From NCBI GenBank assembly GCA_016699715.1, contig CP065007.1, positions 563,950-627,949 on the forward strand: a stretch of 64,000 bases of DNA. Reading direction: 5' to 3'. A program made the translations under genes and the position numbers. The notes below the pieces were generated by a model, which was not told the origin of the DNA, did no database searches, and saw only the letters and a list, made by a program, of their open reading frames with translations. Positions 21,101-28,188 of this stretch are shown here, one piece after another. The stretch comes from Candidatus Competibacteraceae bacterium (lineage in GTDB: Bacteria; Pseudomonadota; Gammaproteobacteria; Competibacterales; Competibacteraceae). How positions within the stretch are numbered: the first letter of the stretch is position 1; each line of letters starts with the position of its first letter.

Positions 21101-21346
21101 TTGCGCTTCGATACGATCCGAGCGTCGCTCTATCTGAAGGCTGGCGCCGCATGGTTGGATGCCACGAAAGCGGCGGCGAATGCCTGGCTGGTGGGTTGGC
21201 TGGAGCCGGGTGCGCTACCGGGCGAGAATCGGCGTCTGGCCTTCGCTTGCTGGATCAGTCCCGCCACCGGTCCCGACGGTACGGAATGCGGCGAGTTGAC
21301 GGCGGCCTGGCTGACGGCACTGGCTGGGGCGAAAAGCGATGAGTGA
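18170..21346 (+). CDS. Large membrane-anchored class-B-PBP-like protein with degenerate (SAFE / SAR / KAG) penicillin-binding motifs and a ~630-aa N-terminal region of unknown function
   Basis: Track ORF 18143..21346 (GTG); the first ATG is at 18170. N-terminal TM (LPSALFVLGVVLGMGALWAQLAAI). The C-terminal ~400 aa parallel the transpeptidase domain by eye: VASLIVLDADRGDILAVAGSP, AGSAFELV (SxxK position), LRDSARGWFAWL (SxN position), YVTPLQLAELAAAIATG, LYLKAGAAW (KTG position), NAWLVGW. Confidence 0.7.
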   Translation: MKSVSILNRAASRRLLPSALFVLGVVLGMGALWAQLAAIYTRPTPLPAAPARLPAGLPEEAVTVPAEAGFQSISLRQGLLLVRGPDRPIGQQDLALCDQSVDSAAGPVMAPLYVGWDWPRLREAAAANRAARPSRPMDGGLKNSLLDDGPDGVDVPAFAVTAEPAGGPPRPYADAGSLRVTLYDRRPVLLLADTAETGTGPALAFRRDLWLLWNAGPVVAGHWDRALRIRLLEDRVCPLGRLRIEVYGPSPENAGMVDAEPRTVLWYAGDGSAREFRLAPGHYAPAAPSPPREDAELFERSLAAGLLRSGEDGRIAIAPADLSLRRAFARFHPDLLASGDDEHDWLDGPWSAETQRLHQALRFSVTGRYVRRQVATFNARQLLAAVRWRPENADPSGDWRADWKEVPLVLTGSMPLLAERLFTEAPHGWQAWRRVARWPALEQRWPVRFRLSLPRPARSGERLELLVVGGPPAVSGAAVLASAPRCVDARPCAERDALARWLRLEMRAGATELELVFQPLPAEVFPGLYRYDFAHIRRVDGRLRWYDSPGANGGDPSRPSPAEVTLRDREGTLLWEAGQPTGAVWELGLAALVGLGPVHAGSVGGVLARLGRHGATVVEARLTVDSRLQQAARRALLERLPAISTTASETDARQEERVASLIVLDADRGDILAVAGSPEPPVGIVWSDLSTFVAAVRPRRNPLWVRAWQRDGDGLDSAGSAFELVDALLLEREAGHRPQLAAALAGLSAGELAGWPPALAYGFAADAACYPVHAGGLEPSALCDEPGGGQTLLERMRRHGDQRYGLVQALRDSARGWFAWLVESTDATLDDAGSSCLASARALTPAALRGVRPLLDIMAELDFDSAQDLDGGLLPAGLIAANDVLRASAAALEPMSDRGRVRRAALGQGVYVTPLQLAELAAAIATGQRMPPRVLAELNGQPVRDPAATALGIATDRIRRGMRLALNEEPLRTAFAGLRFDTIRASLYLKAGAAWLDATKAAANAWLVGWLEPGALPGENRRLAFACWISPATGPDGTECGELTAAWLTALAGAKSDE

Positions 21347-23729
21347 ATCTGGACCCCGCGCCGGCGGCGATCCTCCCGTCACGTCCCGCTGGCTGGCGCC
21401 GTGGGTTGACCGGTGGTGGTTGCCATTGCTCTGGTTGCTGCCGGTGTTGGCGATGGGGTGGACAGTGTATCGGGCACCGGCCTGGCTGGAACCCCGGATA
21501 CTGACCGTCACTTTGGAACCTGGCCAAACGGTCATGTTGGGCCGCGAGGCGTTGCGGGCGCCCCAGGCCGACAGCGAACATATTCTGCTGCGACGCGAAG
21601 CCGGCGGCTGGCGGCTGGCCAATATCGCCGCCGGCAAGCAGGTGTTATGGCAACCGGCCCGTGGCGGCGACGAGCGGCCGATCCGGGAATGGCCGCTGCG
21701 GGTGGGAGCGACGTTCGTCGTGGGCGGTCAAGCCTTTAGCGTGCTGGGCGCGGAAAGTGGGCGACTGGTGCTGCAAGGGGGCGGGCGGCGCTGGGATTAC
21801 GATGGTTTTCGTTTGCGCCGGGACGGCCAGCCGCTGCCCGAATGCTACCCGGACTGGCGGAGCCCTTGGCGCGAACGCTTGGCCAAACTGGGATGGTTCG
21901 GCCTGATCCAGCGATCGCTGCGCTTGGGTGGCGGCGTCTATTGCGCCGACCGACTGGGCTTGGTGGGGGTGCCGCTGGATACCGTGGTGCTGGCGCCCGC
22001 CGGCTTGGGCTTCGTGCTGCGCCCCGGCGAGGCCGGACGACCGGACGGTCCGGCGGTGACGGTGGCGGCGGGTGGGCCGGAGGCCGAATCGCTGTGGCGG
22101 CGTTCCGTCCCGCTGGCGGTTGGCGACAACTTGATCGTCGGCCGTACCCGATATCGAGTGCTACGGACCGCGCCGACCTTGGAACTGGCGGTCGTGGCCC
22201 ATGCCCAGCGCTGGCCCGCCGCGATAGCCCCACGTCCGGTCACGCCGCCAGTGGAGGTGCGCTGGCGCCCGGTGGCCTGGCTATGGCCACCCGGTCCGGG
22301 CGCGCTGGTCTGGCCACTGGGCCTGGCGCTGCCTCTGTTGGTGCTGGGGCTGGTCTGGCCGGTTCGGGCGGGTGGCGGGCGGTGGCCGAGCGTGGGCGAC
22401 CGTGGCCGGATCGCGGGCGCGCTGGCGTTGGCCGGGGGGGGACTGGGTCTCTATCTGAGCAGTTTGATCGTTCCGGTGCTGTGGCCCTACTTGTTGGCGT
22501 GGCCGGCGCTGCTGCTTTGGCTGACGGCGGTACGCTCGCCGTGGAGCCTTGGTTTGCTGGTCGTGCTGACGCTGTTGCTGGGCGGTGGGTGGGTCACCCT
22601 GCTGCAATTGGGCGCCGGCGCCGAAGAGTCCGGTTGGCCGCGCTTCGGTGGCGGCGGCGCGGCGCTGGCCGGGGCATTCGGCTGGCTGACGTGGGCCGGG
22701 TGGAGCGTCTGGCGCCGCTGGCGGCCGGCCGGCCGGATGGATTTCCGGCTGGCACGCTGGGGGTCGCTGGCGCTGGGCGGCGCGGCGCTGACCTTGCTGG
22801 CGGCGCAGGCCGCGTTTGGCGACGAGGGCGGCTGGCGCGGTTTCCAGCCGTTCGAACTGGCCAAGCTGGCATTGGTGCTGTTAGCGGCTCATGCTTTGAC
22901 GGTCCGCGTGGAGGCGGGAAGTGCCCGCAAGCTTTTCCGATGGGCGCGTTCCGCGGGACCCGTGCTGTTGTTGCTGGCGGCGAGCGGTTTTGCACTGGTG
23001 GTTCTGCGCGATTTTTCGCCCCTGGTTTTGTTGCTGTTCTGGGTGCTGGCGCTCGTGCTGGCATGGGTGTTCCACCGACGAGTGCATCCTCGGCCGGGTG
23101 GGCGGTGGGGCAGCCGATTGACACTGCTCGTGTTGGTCGGGTTGCTCACGACCGGGGCGATGGGATTGCGCCAATGGCCGGACCGCTTGCCGTTGGGTTT
23201 GCAGCCAATTCGGATTCGAGCCTGGGTGGCGCCGGAACAGTACCCGCACGCCGGCTATCAACTGCGCCGGGCGCTGGAGGTGATTCGGGCCGGTGGCTGG
23301 ACCGGCGCGGTCTGGAGCGATACGGCCAACGGGCGGGTCATGACCGTGCCCCTGGTGGAAAACGACTTCACGCCGACGTTTTTCCTGAACCGCTACGGCG
23401 GTCTGGCGGCGTTGCTGCTGGTGGTCACCCAGACGGCGTTCATTCTGCTGCTGCTGGCGATCGCCGATCGCGCCCTGAGACGGAGCAACCGCAATGACCA
23501 GCGATCGGCGGCGTCTGGCGACTTCGCCTATTTCGCGCTGTGCGGCGGATCGGCCTTGATCGGCGCGCATTTTTTGGTGTCATGGGGCACCAATCTGGGA
23601 TTTCTGCCGGTGATGGGCCAGCCGATGTCGTTGCTCTCGGCCGCCGGCAGCCATCTGGTGCTATTCGTGTTGCCGGTCGTGGCGCTGGCCGTCACGGTCG
23701 AGGAAGGAGATTATGACCACCCACCCTAA
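21339..23729 (+). CDS. SEDS (FtsW/RodA/SpoVE)-like polytopic membrane protein with a ~300-aa N-terminal extension
   Basis: 796-aa ORF overlapping the upstream stop by 8 nt. The C-terminal ~480 aa parallel RodA motifs recalled from E. coli: GFQPFELAKLALVLLAAH (vs FQPSEIAKIA), LRDFSP (vs QPDLGT), GYQLRRALEVIRAGGWTG, VPLVENDFTPTFF (vs LPERHTDFIFAV), GFLPVMGQPMSLLSAAGS (vs GILPVVGVPLPLVSYGGS). The N-terminus has one TM, then two beta-rich modules with weak FHA-like features (VMLGRE...SEHILL; LIVGRTRYRVL). Confidence 0.7.
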   Translation: MSESGPRAGGDPPVTSRWLAPWVDRWWLPLLWLLPVLAMGWTVYRAPAWLEPRILTVTLEPGQTVMLGREALRAPQADSEHILLRREAGGWRLANIAAGKQVLWQPARGGDERPIREWPLRVGATFVVGGQAFSVLGAESGRLVLQGGGRRWDYDGFRLRRDGQPLPECYPDWRSPWRERLAKLGWFGLIQRSLRLGGGVYCADRLGLVGVPLDTVVLAPAGLGFVLRPGEAGRPDGPAVTVAAGGPEAESLWRRSVPLAVGDNLIVGRTRYRVLRTAPTLELAVVAHAQRWPAAIAPRPVTPPVEVRWRPVAWLWPPGPGALVWPLGLALPLLVLGLVWPVRAGGGRWPSVGDRGRIAGALALAGGGLGLYLSSLIVPVLWPYLLAWPALLLWLTAVRSPWSLGLLVVLTLLLGGGWVTLLQLGAGAEESGWPRFGGGGAALAGAFGWLTWAGWSVWRRWRPAGRMDFRLARWGSLALGGAALTLLAAQAAFGDEGGWRGFQPFELAKLALVLLAAHALTVRVEAGSARKLFRWARSAGPVLLLLAASGFALVVLRDFSPLVLLLFWVLALVLAWVFHRRVHPRPGGRWGSRLTLLVLVGLLTTGAMGLRQWPDRLPLGLQPIRIRAWVAPEQYPHAGYQLRRALEVIRAGGWTGAVWSDTANGRVMTVPLVENDFTPTFFLNRYGGLAALLLVVTQTAFILLLLAIADRALRRSNRNDQRSAASGDFAYFALCGGSALIGAHFLVSWGTNLGFLPVMGQPMSLLSAAGSHLVLFVLPVVALAVTVEEGDYDHPP

Positions 23730-25431
23730 TGCCCTGATTGCCTCCGATTACGTCATCTGCGTGACCTTGCGCGCGGTGCCGGACATCTTCAACGCCGAAT
23801 GGTTGTGGGATCGGGTTCGGAGCGGCCAGGAGGGCGTGTTGCTGCTGGAGGCACTCAAGCGCCATCCGCGGCGTATCGCGCGTTCCTCGGGCCAGCGCCA
23901 GGAAACCTACTACAGCCATGTCGTCATCCGGATTTCGGAACGCGATTCCATTCGCGACGAACGGCTGGAGGATGGGTTCGGCCACCGTTTGCTCCTGCGG
24001 GAGCTGCGGCGTCTGCACGAACGGGATCTGGGCGAGCATCTGGCCGAGAACGCGACGGTTCGTTATCGCCTGGAGCCGGACCCGGTGTTGCGTCCGGGCG
24101 AGGTGCAGGCGCTGTTCGGTCGGGCGATCTACCTGCCGGCCGACGACGAAGCGCCGGCCTTTCGGATCGAGGTGACGGCCGATGGGCAGAGCGATTGGCG
24201 GGACGTGGGATCGATCTATCCCGGCCAGCGGCTGACGCTGCTCAACGGCGACCGGCGCGCCAGCAGCTTCGCGGTGGTGGCCTGGCCGTTCCCAGGCAAC
24301 GAGTCGATATTGTTGCTGCGGCAGTCCAGGGCGCCGACCCAGGTGGATGTGGTGGAGGAGCCACCGGCCTGTCTGAATCTGAGCAGCGACGGTCAGGGCG
24401 GCTTCGTGGCGCGCGACCACCGCGGCCGCGGTTTGCGGCTGCGGGTCGTGGCGCTGTCGTCGGCGGGCGTGGAACCCTCGACCTTAGCGGAGCAGGCGCC
24501 GCCGGAATCGCCGGCGCGGCCGGAACAACGGCGCGTTGCCCCGGTCACCGATTTGGGCCAGCCGGCGTCGGGCTCGAAGCCATCCGCCCCGGCGGACGGC
24601 GATTACACGATGATCGATCATTGGGGTCGGCGCGAGCCGGTGTTCGGCATCCCGGTGCACTTCGAGGAACCGTCCGCGCCGCCGGCCGCCATTCTGGAGT
24701 CCTCCCCGTCACCCGCTCCCGCATCGCCGAATGGACTCGACCAGCACACCTGGATTCCCCGGCGACCGGCGGCTTGCTTGCAGGTGGTGGGCCTCGCCTT
24801 GCAGCGCTTGTCGACCTATGCGGCGGCCGGCATCAGCGACTGGCGGATCAGCTTCAACCGCGCGGGCGGGTTGGTGCTGGACAACCATCCCGATGCCGCC
24901 GCCTGGCTGCGGATCGACAGCGCGGATCGGCTGTTTGGCGAGGTCGTGGGGCTGTCGGCGTCGCTGGAACCGCCGAGCGTGTGGCGGCCGTTTCCGGATC
25001 TGGAACTGGAATTCCTCGCCGCGCCATCATCAATGGCGGGGCATTATCTCGGTTGGGTGCGGCTGCCGACGCCGCTGGCGCTGCCGGTCCCGCGCGAGCG
25101 GGCGGTGAGTTTCGGCCGCGGTTCGGAGGCGGACATCGCGCCACGCCTGCTGGCCGATCCGCGTTCCCTGCGCTGGGAGGGCAAACCGAACAAGACGGTT
25201 GGTATCAGCGCTGAATATCTGGGACTGTCGCGTCGCCATTTGCGGGTGCAGGTGCGGCGCGAGGATTGGTGGGTGCAGTTGGAAAGCCAGAATATGTCGG
25301 TTTACCGGCTGGCGCCGTCGGGCGAAGTGCTGGACGTGCTCAGCCCCGGCGTGGACACCGCCGCCGCCGCCAAGCCGGGCGATCTATTGGTGGCGGGGGG
25401 TTACGTACTGGCGCTGGGGGCGGTGGAGTGA
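23713..25431 (+). CDS. FHA-domain protein (C-terminal canonical FHA; N-terminal ~450 aa unknown)
   Basis: 572-aa ORF overlapping the upstream gene by 17 nt. C-terminus: VSFGRGSEADI...LGLSRRHLRVQV...LESQNMSVYRL...GDLLVAGGYVLAL carries the G-R, S-x-x-H and N signature residues of FHA domains. No TM segments. Confidence 0.75.
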   Translation: MTTHPNALIASDYVICVTLRAVPDIFNAEWLWDRVRSGQEGVLLLEALKRHPRRIARSSGQRQETYYSHVVIRISERDSIRDERLEDGFGHRLLLRELRRLHERDLGEHLAENATVRYRLEPDPVLRPGEVQALFGRAIYLPADDEAPAFRIEVTADGQSDWRDVGSIYPGQRLTLLNGDRRASSFAVVAWPFPGNESILLLRQSRAPTQVDVVEEPPACLNLSSDGQGGFVARDHRGRGLRLRVVALSSAGVEPSTLAEQAPPESPARPEQRRVAPVTDLGQPASGSKPSAPADGDYTMIDHWGRREPVFGIPVHFEEPSAPPAAILESSPSPAPASPNGLDQHTWIPRRPAACLQVVGLALQRLSTYAAAGISDWRISFNRAGGLVLDNHPDAAAWLRIDSADRLFGEVVGLSASLEPPSVWRPFPDLELEFLAAPSSMAGHYLGWVRLPTPLALPVPRERAVSFGRGSEADIAPRLLADPRSLRWEGKPNKTVGISAEYLGLSRRHLRVQVRREDWWVQLESQNMSVYRLAPSGEVLDVLSPGVDTAAAAKPGDLLVAGGYVLALGAVE

Positions 25432-25467
25432 TCGCCGCCCGCGCGTCCGAACCGAAACGGGCGAGGC

Positions 25468-26904
25468 TCAGGGCGTGCTTACCGAGCGGACTTGCATTTG
25501 CTTCGGCACGAAAATCGGGGACGCGATGACATCGGCCGCGGCGATGGCAAAATTGAGGTTCTGGCCGACTTTCAGCCCCATGGTGGCGACGCCGATGACG
25601 GTGCCATCCCGCAGGATGACCGGTCCGCCACTATTGCCGGGGCTGATCGGCGCGGAAATCTGAATGTAGCGAACCCCATCGATCTCACGCAGCCCGCTGA
25701 TCACGCCGGTCGAAAAGGTACTCTCCAGGCCGTAGGGGTTGCCGATCACGAACACATCCAGCCCGATCAGATCCTGGCTGTAGGTTTGGTTGAGAATAAA
25801 GCTTTCCTTGCTTTTGAGAGCGGTTGCCAACAGGGCCAGGTCCGGTTCCTTGCTGCGTTTGCGGATGCGAGCCACCGATTCCCGGTCGCCGCAGCGGACC
25901 GCCAGGTTTTCGGCTTTATCGATGACATGGTTATTGGTGATGACCAGCCCATCTTTCGAGACCAGCAAACCGCTGCCCAGATTGGCGGTTTTGCCGTTCT
26001 GGAAGGTGACGATCAGGCAGGTAAGCGGCATGCTGCGCCGGTAAATGCGTTGCCCCGGATTGCCGTTATTCACCGCCAGCGCGGCTGGCTCCGCCGCGGC
26101 GGAGCCAGCCGGCTTTGCCAGCGTGGCCAGGCTTTGTTTTAGCGAGCTGAGCAGGCCGCCGGCCGCCGTGGATGGGGGGGTGGTTTGGACTTGGGGAGCG
26201 TGGTTGGAACCGACCGCCGGTCGAACCGGCGCGGCTGGTTGGGGCTGCGGCGGGCTGGCGGGCCAAACGGGCTGGGTGGCGGCGGGCGTGGGTCGCACCG
26301 ACTGCAAGGCTTGCAGCGCGCCGATACGGACGGCATCCGCCGGATCGGCGGTGGCCAGTTGCCGCAGTTGTTCGGTCACCTGTGGCCGATCCTGGGCGAA
26401 ACGGTGGGCGTTGACGAACGCGCCGGTCGCTCGGTGGGCGTCGCCCTGCTGACCGTAGACCTGTCCCAGGGCGAGCCAGGACGCCGAACGGGTCGGTGCC
26501 AGGGACAGCGCATAGACCAATAGTCGTTCCGCTTCCTTGAAACGGTGTAACCGCAGGTAGGTCAGGCCGAGTGCGCCGGCGATTTCCGGATCGGCGGGAT
26601 CGGCGATGAAGGCTTGGCGGAATGCGGCCAGCGCTTCCTTTAGTTGGCCGCCCGTCAACTGTTCCTGGCCCCGTTGCCTGAAAGGTCTGGCCTGCTGGGC
26701 ATCGCCCGGCTCCGGCCGGGGCAGATTTTCCATCTGTTCCCGGAAGATCAGCACGCCGGCTTCTTCGTTGGCGCCGGCCAGGGTGATCATTTGCTGGACG
26801 TAATAATCGATGGTTTCGTATTGACCGGCCGCGACGGGCAAAGCACCAGCCAGCGCCAGCGCCAGCGCCAGCGCCACGCCGCGGATGAATGGCGGAAAAT
26901 TCAT
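25468..26904 (-). CDS. Secreted TPR-repeat / trypsin-like (S1C, DegP-type catalytic domain, no PDZ) serine protease
   Basis: 478-aa ORF. Signal peptide (ALALALALAGALPVAAG), N-terminal TPR module, Pro-rich linker, then LVITNNHVI (His), EPDLALL (Asp), ISPGNSGGPV (Ser). Confidence 0.85.
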   Translation of the reverse strand: MNFPPFIRGVALALALALAGALPVAAGQYETIDYYVQQMITLAGANEEAGVLIFREQMENLPRPEPGDAQQARPFRQRGQEQLTGGQLKEALAAFRQAFIADPADPEIAGALGLTYLRLHRFKEAERLLVYALSLAPTRSASWLALGQVYGQQGDAHRATGAFVNAHRFAQDRPQVTEQLRQLATADPADAVRIGALQALQSVRPTPAATQPVWPASPPQPQPAAPVRPAVGSNHAPQVQTTPPSTAAGGLLSSLKQSLATLAKPAGSAAAEPAALAVNNGNPGQRIYRRSMPLTCLIVTFQNGKTANLGSGLLVSKDGLVITNNHVIDKAENLAVRCGDRESVARIRKRSKEPDLALLATALKSKESFILNQTYSQDLIGLDVFVIGNPYGLESTFSTGVISGLREIDGVRYIQISAPISPGNSGGPVILRDGTVIGVATMGLKVGQNLNFAIAAADVIASPIFVPKQMQVRSVSTP

Positions 26905-27623
26905 GGCGCGCGGCCGGGGCTCGGCGTGCTGTTCATCGGCACGATGCCGCCGGGGTTGGCCGGCAGTGGCGGAACGATGACGGTTTCCGCCGGCAGGTGG
27001 AATAGCCGCAGGGCTTCCAGAGCAGCGTTGCGCAGGCTGTCGGCCGCCTCGTTTTCGGCGATGTTGCGCAGGATTTCCTCGGCGCGCATCTGGTTTTGGG
27101 CGAAGCGGTAGGTGTTGGCCAGGGCGCCCAGCGCGCGGTGGGCGTCGTTTTTCAGGCCGTACACCTGAGCGAGTTGGAACCAGGCCACGGCTCGGGTGGG
27201 CTCGAGAGTGAGCGCCTGCTGCAAGGCGGCTTCCGCTTCGGGAAAACGGCCCATTTTGCGGTAGACCAGCCCCGCGTAGTTGGCGGCGTCGGTATTACCG
27301 GGATCGTCCCGGCTCGCCTGCTGGAACGCCTCCAGCGCCGTGTCCAGCGCATCCTGCCCAAACAAGGTCAGACCACGCTGAAAGGCGGCGCGCGCCGCCG
27401 CCGGGTCGGATGCCGCCGGCCGTGGATTCTGTTCCAACATCCGCTGCATGCTCACCACCCCTTGCTCGTTGTCGGCGGCGGCCATTTCGATCATTTGCTG
27501 GACGAAATAACGGTTTCGTTCGCTATCCTGGGCCAATGCCGCCGGCATCGTGGCCATCCATGCCGCCAGCAACAGCGCCGGCATCCGGCAAGCATCGTTC
27601 ATGCTCCACGTCCCGTGTCTCAC
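26901..27623 (-). CDS. Secreted TPR-repeat protein, paralogous to the N-terminal module of the adjacent protease
   Basis: 240-aa ORF. The stop overlaps the protease start (ATGA). The start is either GTG 27623 (overlapping the upstream stop) or ATG 27602. RYFVQQMIEMAAADNEQGV...LTLEPTRAVAWFQLAQVYGLKNDAHRALGALANTYRFAQ aligns by eye with DYYVQQMITLAGANEEAGV...LSLAPTRSASWLALGQVYGQQGDAHRATGAFVNAHRFAQ of the protease. Confidence 0.75.
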   Translation of the reverse strand: MRHGTWSMNDACRMPALLLAAWMATMPAALAQDSERNRYFVQQMIEMAAADNEQGVVSMQRMLEQNPRPAASDPAAARAAFQRGLTLFGQDALDTALEAFQQASRDDPGNTDAANYAGLVYRKMGRFPEAEAALQQALTLEPTRAVAWFQLAQVYGLKNDAHRALGALANTYRFAQNQMRAEEILRNIAENEAADSLRNAALEALRLFHLPAETVIVPPLPANPGGIVPMNSTPSPGRAP

Positions 27624-28120
27624 AGATTCTTGATGGCGTCGTACTGCCGTTCCAGACTGAGCCGTTTGGAATTGGCCTGGGCGGCGGTCAGTTGGCCCTT
27701 GTCAAGCTGGACCTCGAACTCCTGGATGTCGCGGTTCAACTGTTGTTGCTTGCGCTGCAACGCCACCGTGCGCTGCTCGGTGGCGGATTTGGATTGCTTC
27801 AACTGATCGACCCGTCTGGCGAGCGCCCGGTTTCTGGCCTTGAGCGAGGCCAACTGACGGCGCTGTTCGGCCACCTCGTCGGCTTTCATCTGTCGTTCGC
27901 TTTCCAGATAGGCGCCTTCTTCCCGCAGGGCGCGCAGTTGGTTCAAGCTGTCGTCCCGCTGCCCTTGCAATCCCTGCTGGCGCGTTTCGTAGTCGCCGGC
28001 CGCCAGTCCGCGCACGCCGCCGAAGAATCCGCCGCCGTGTGGATCGTTGGTCGGATCGGTGGCGCAGGCTCCCAGCAGGAGCAGGCTCAGGATACCGGCG
28101 TAACCGCGTGTGAATGCCAT
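27620..28120 (-). CDS. Coiled-coil lipoprotein (166 aa)
   Basis: Lipobox LLLLGAC at residues about 14-19. The remainder is heptad-rich, with Gln/Arg/Leu repeats (QLRALREEGAYLESERQMKADEVAEQRRQLASLKARNRALARRVDQLKQ). Confidence 0.7.
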   Translation of the reverse strand: MAFTRGYAGILSLLLLGACATDPTNDPHGGGFFGGVRGLAAGDYETRQQGLQGQRDDSLNQLRALREEGAYLESERQMKADEVAEQRRQLASLKARNRALARRVDQLKQSKSATEQRTVALQRKQQQLNRDIQEFEVQLDKGQLTAAQANSKRLSLERQYDAIKNL

Positions 28121-28188
28121 GATGGTGATCTCCCATCCCCCCTGCCCGATGGCGGGCGAGGGGGATGTTTCGGGCGTTGTGCTAGGTG

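Noticed and set aside
21842-25214. Long alternate-frame plus-strand ORFs (21842..23497, 551 aa; 23799..25214, 471 aa) within the SEDS-like and FHA genes
   Set aside because: They are Arg/Gly/Ala-rich with no motifs. The overlapping annotated frames carry SEDS and FHA signatures and TM-helix patterns.
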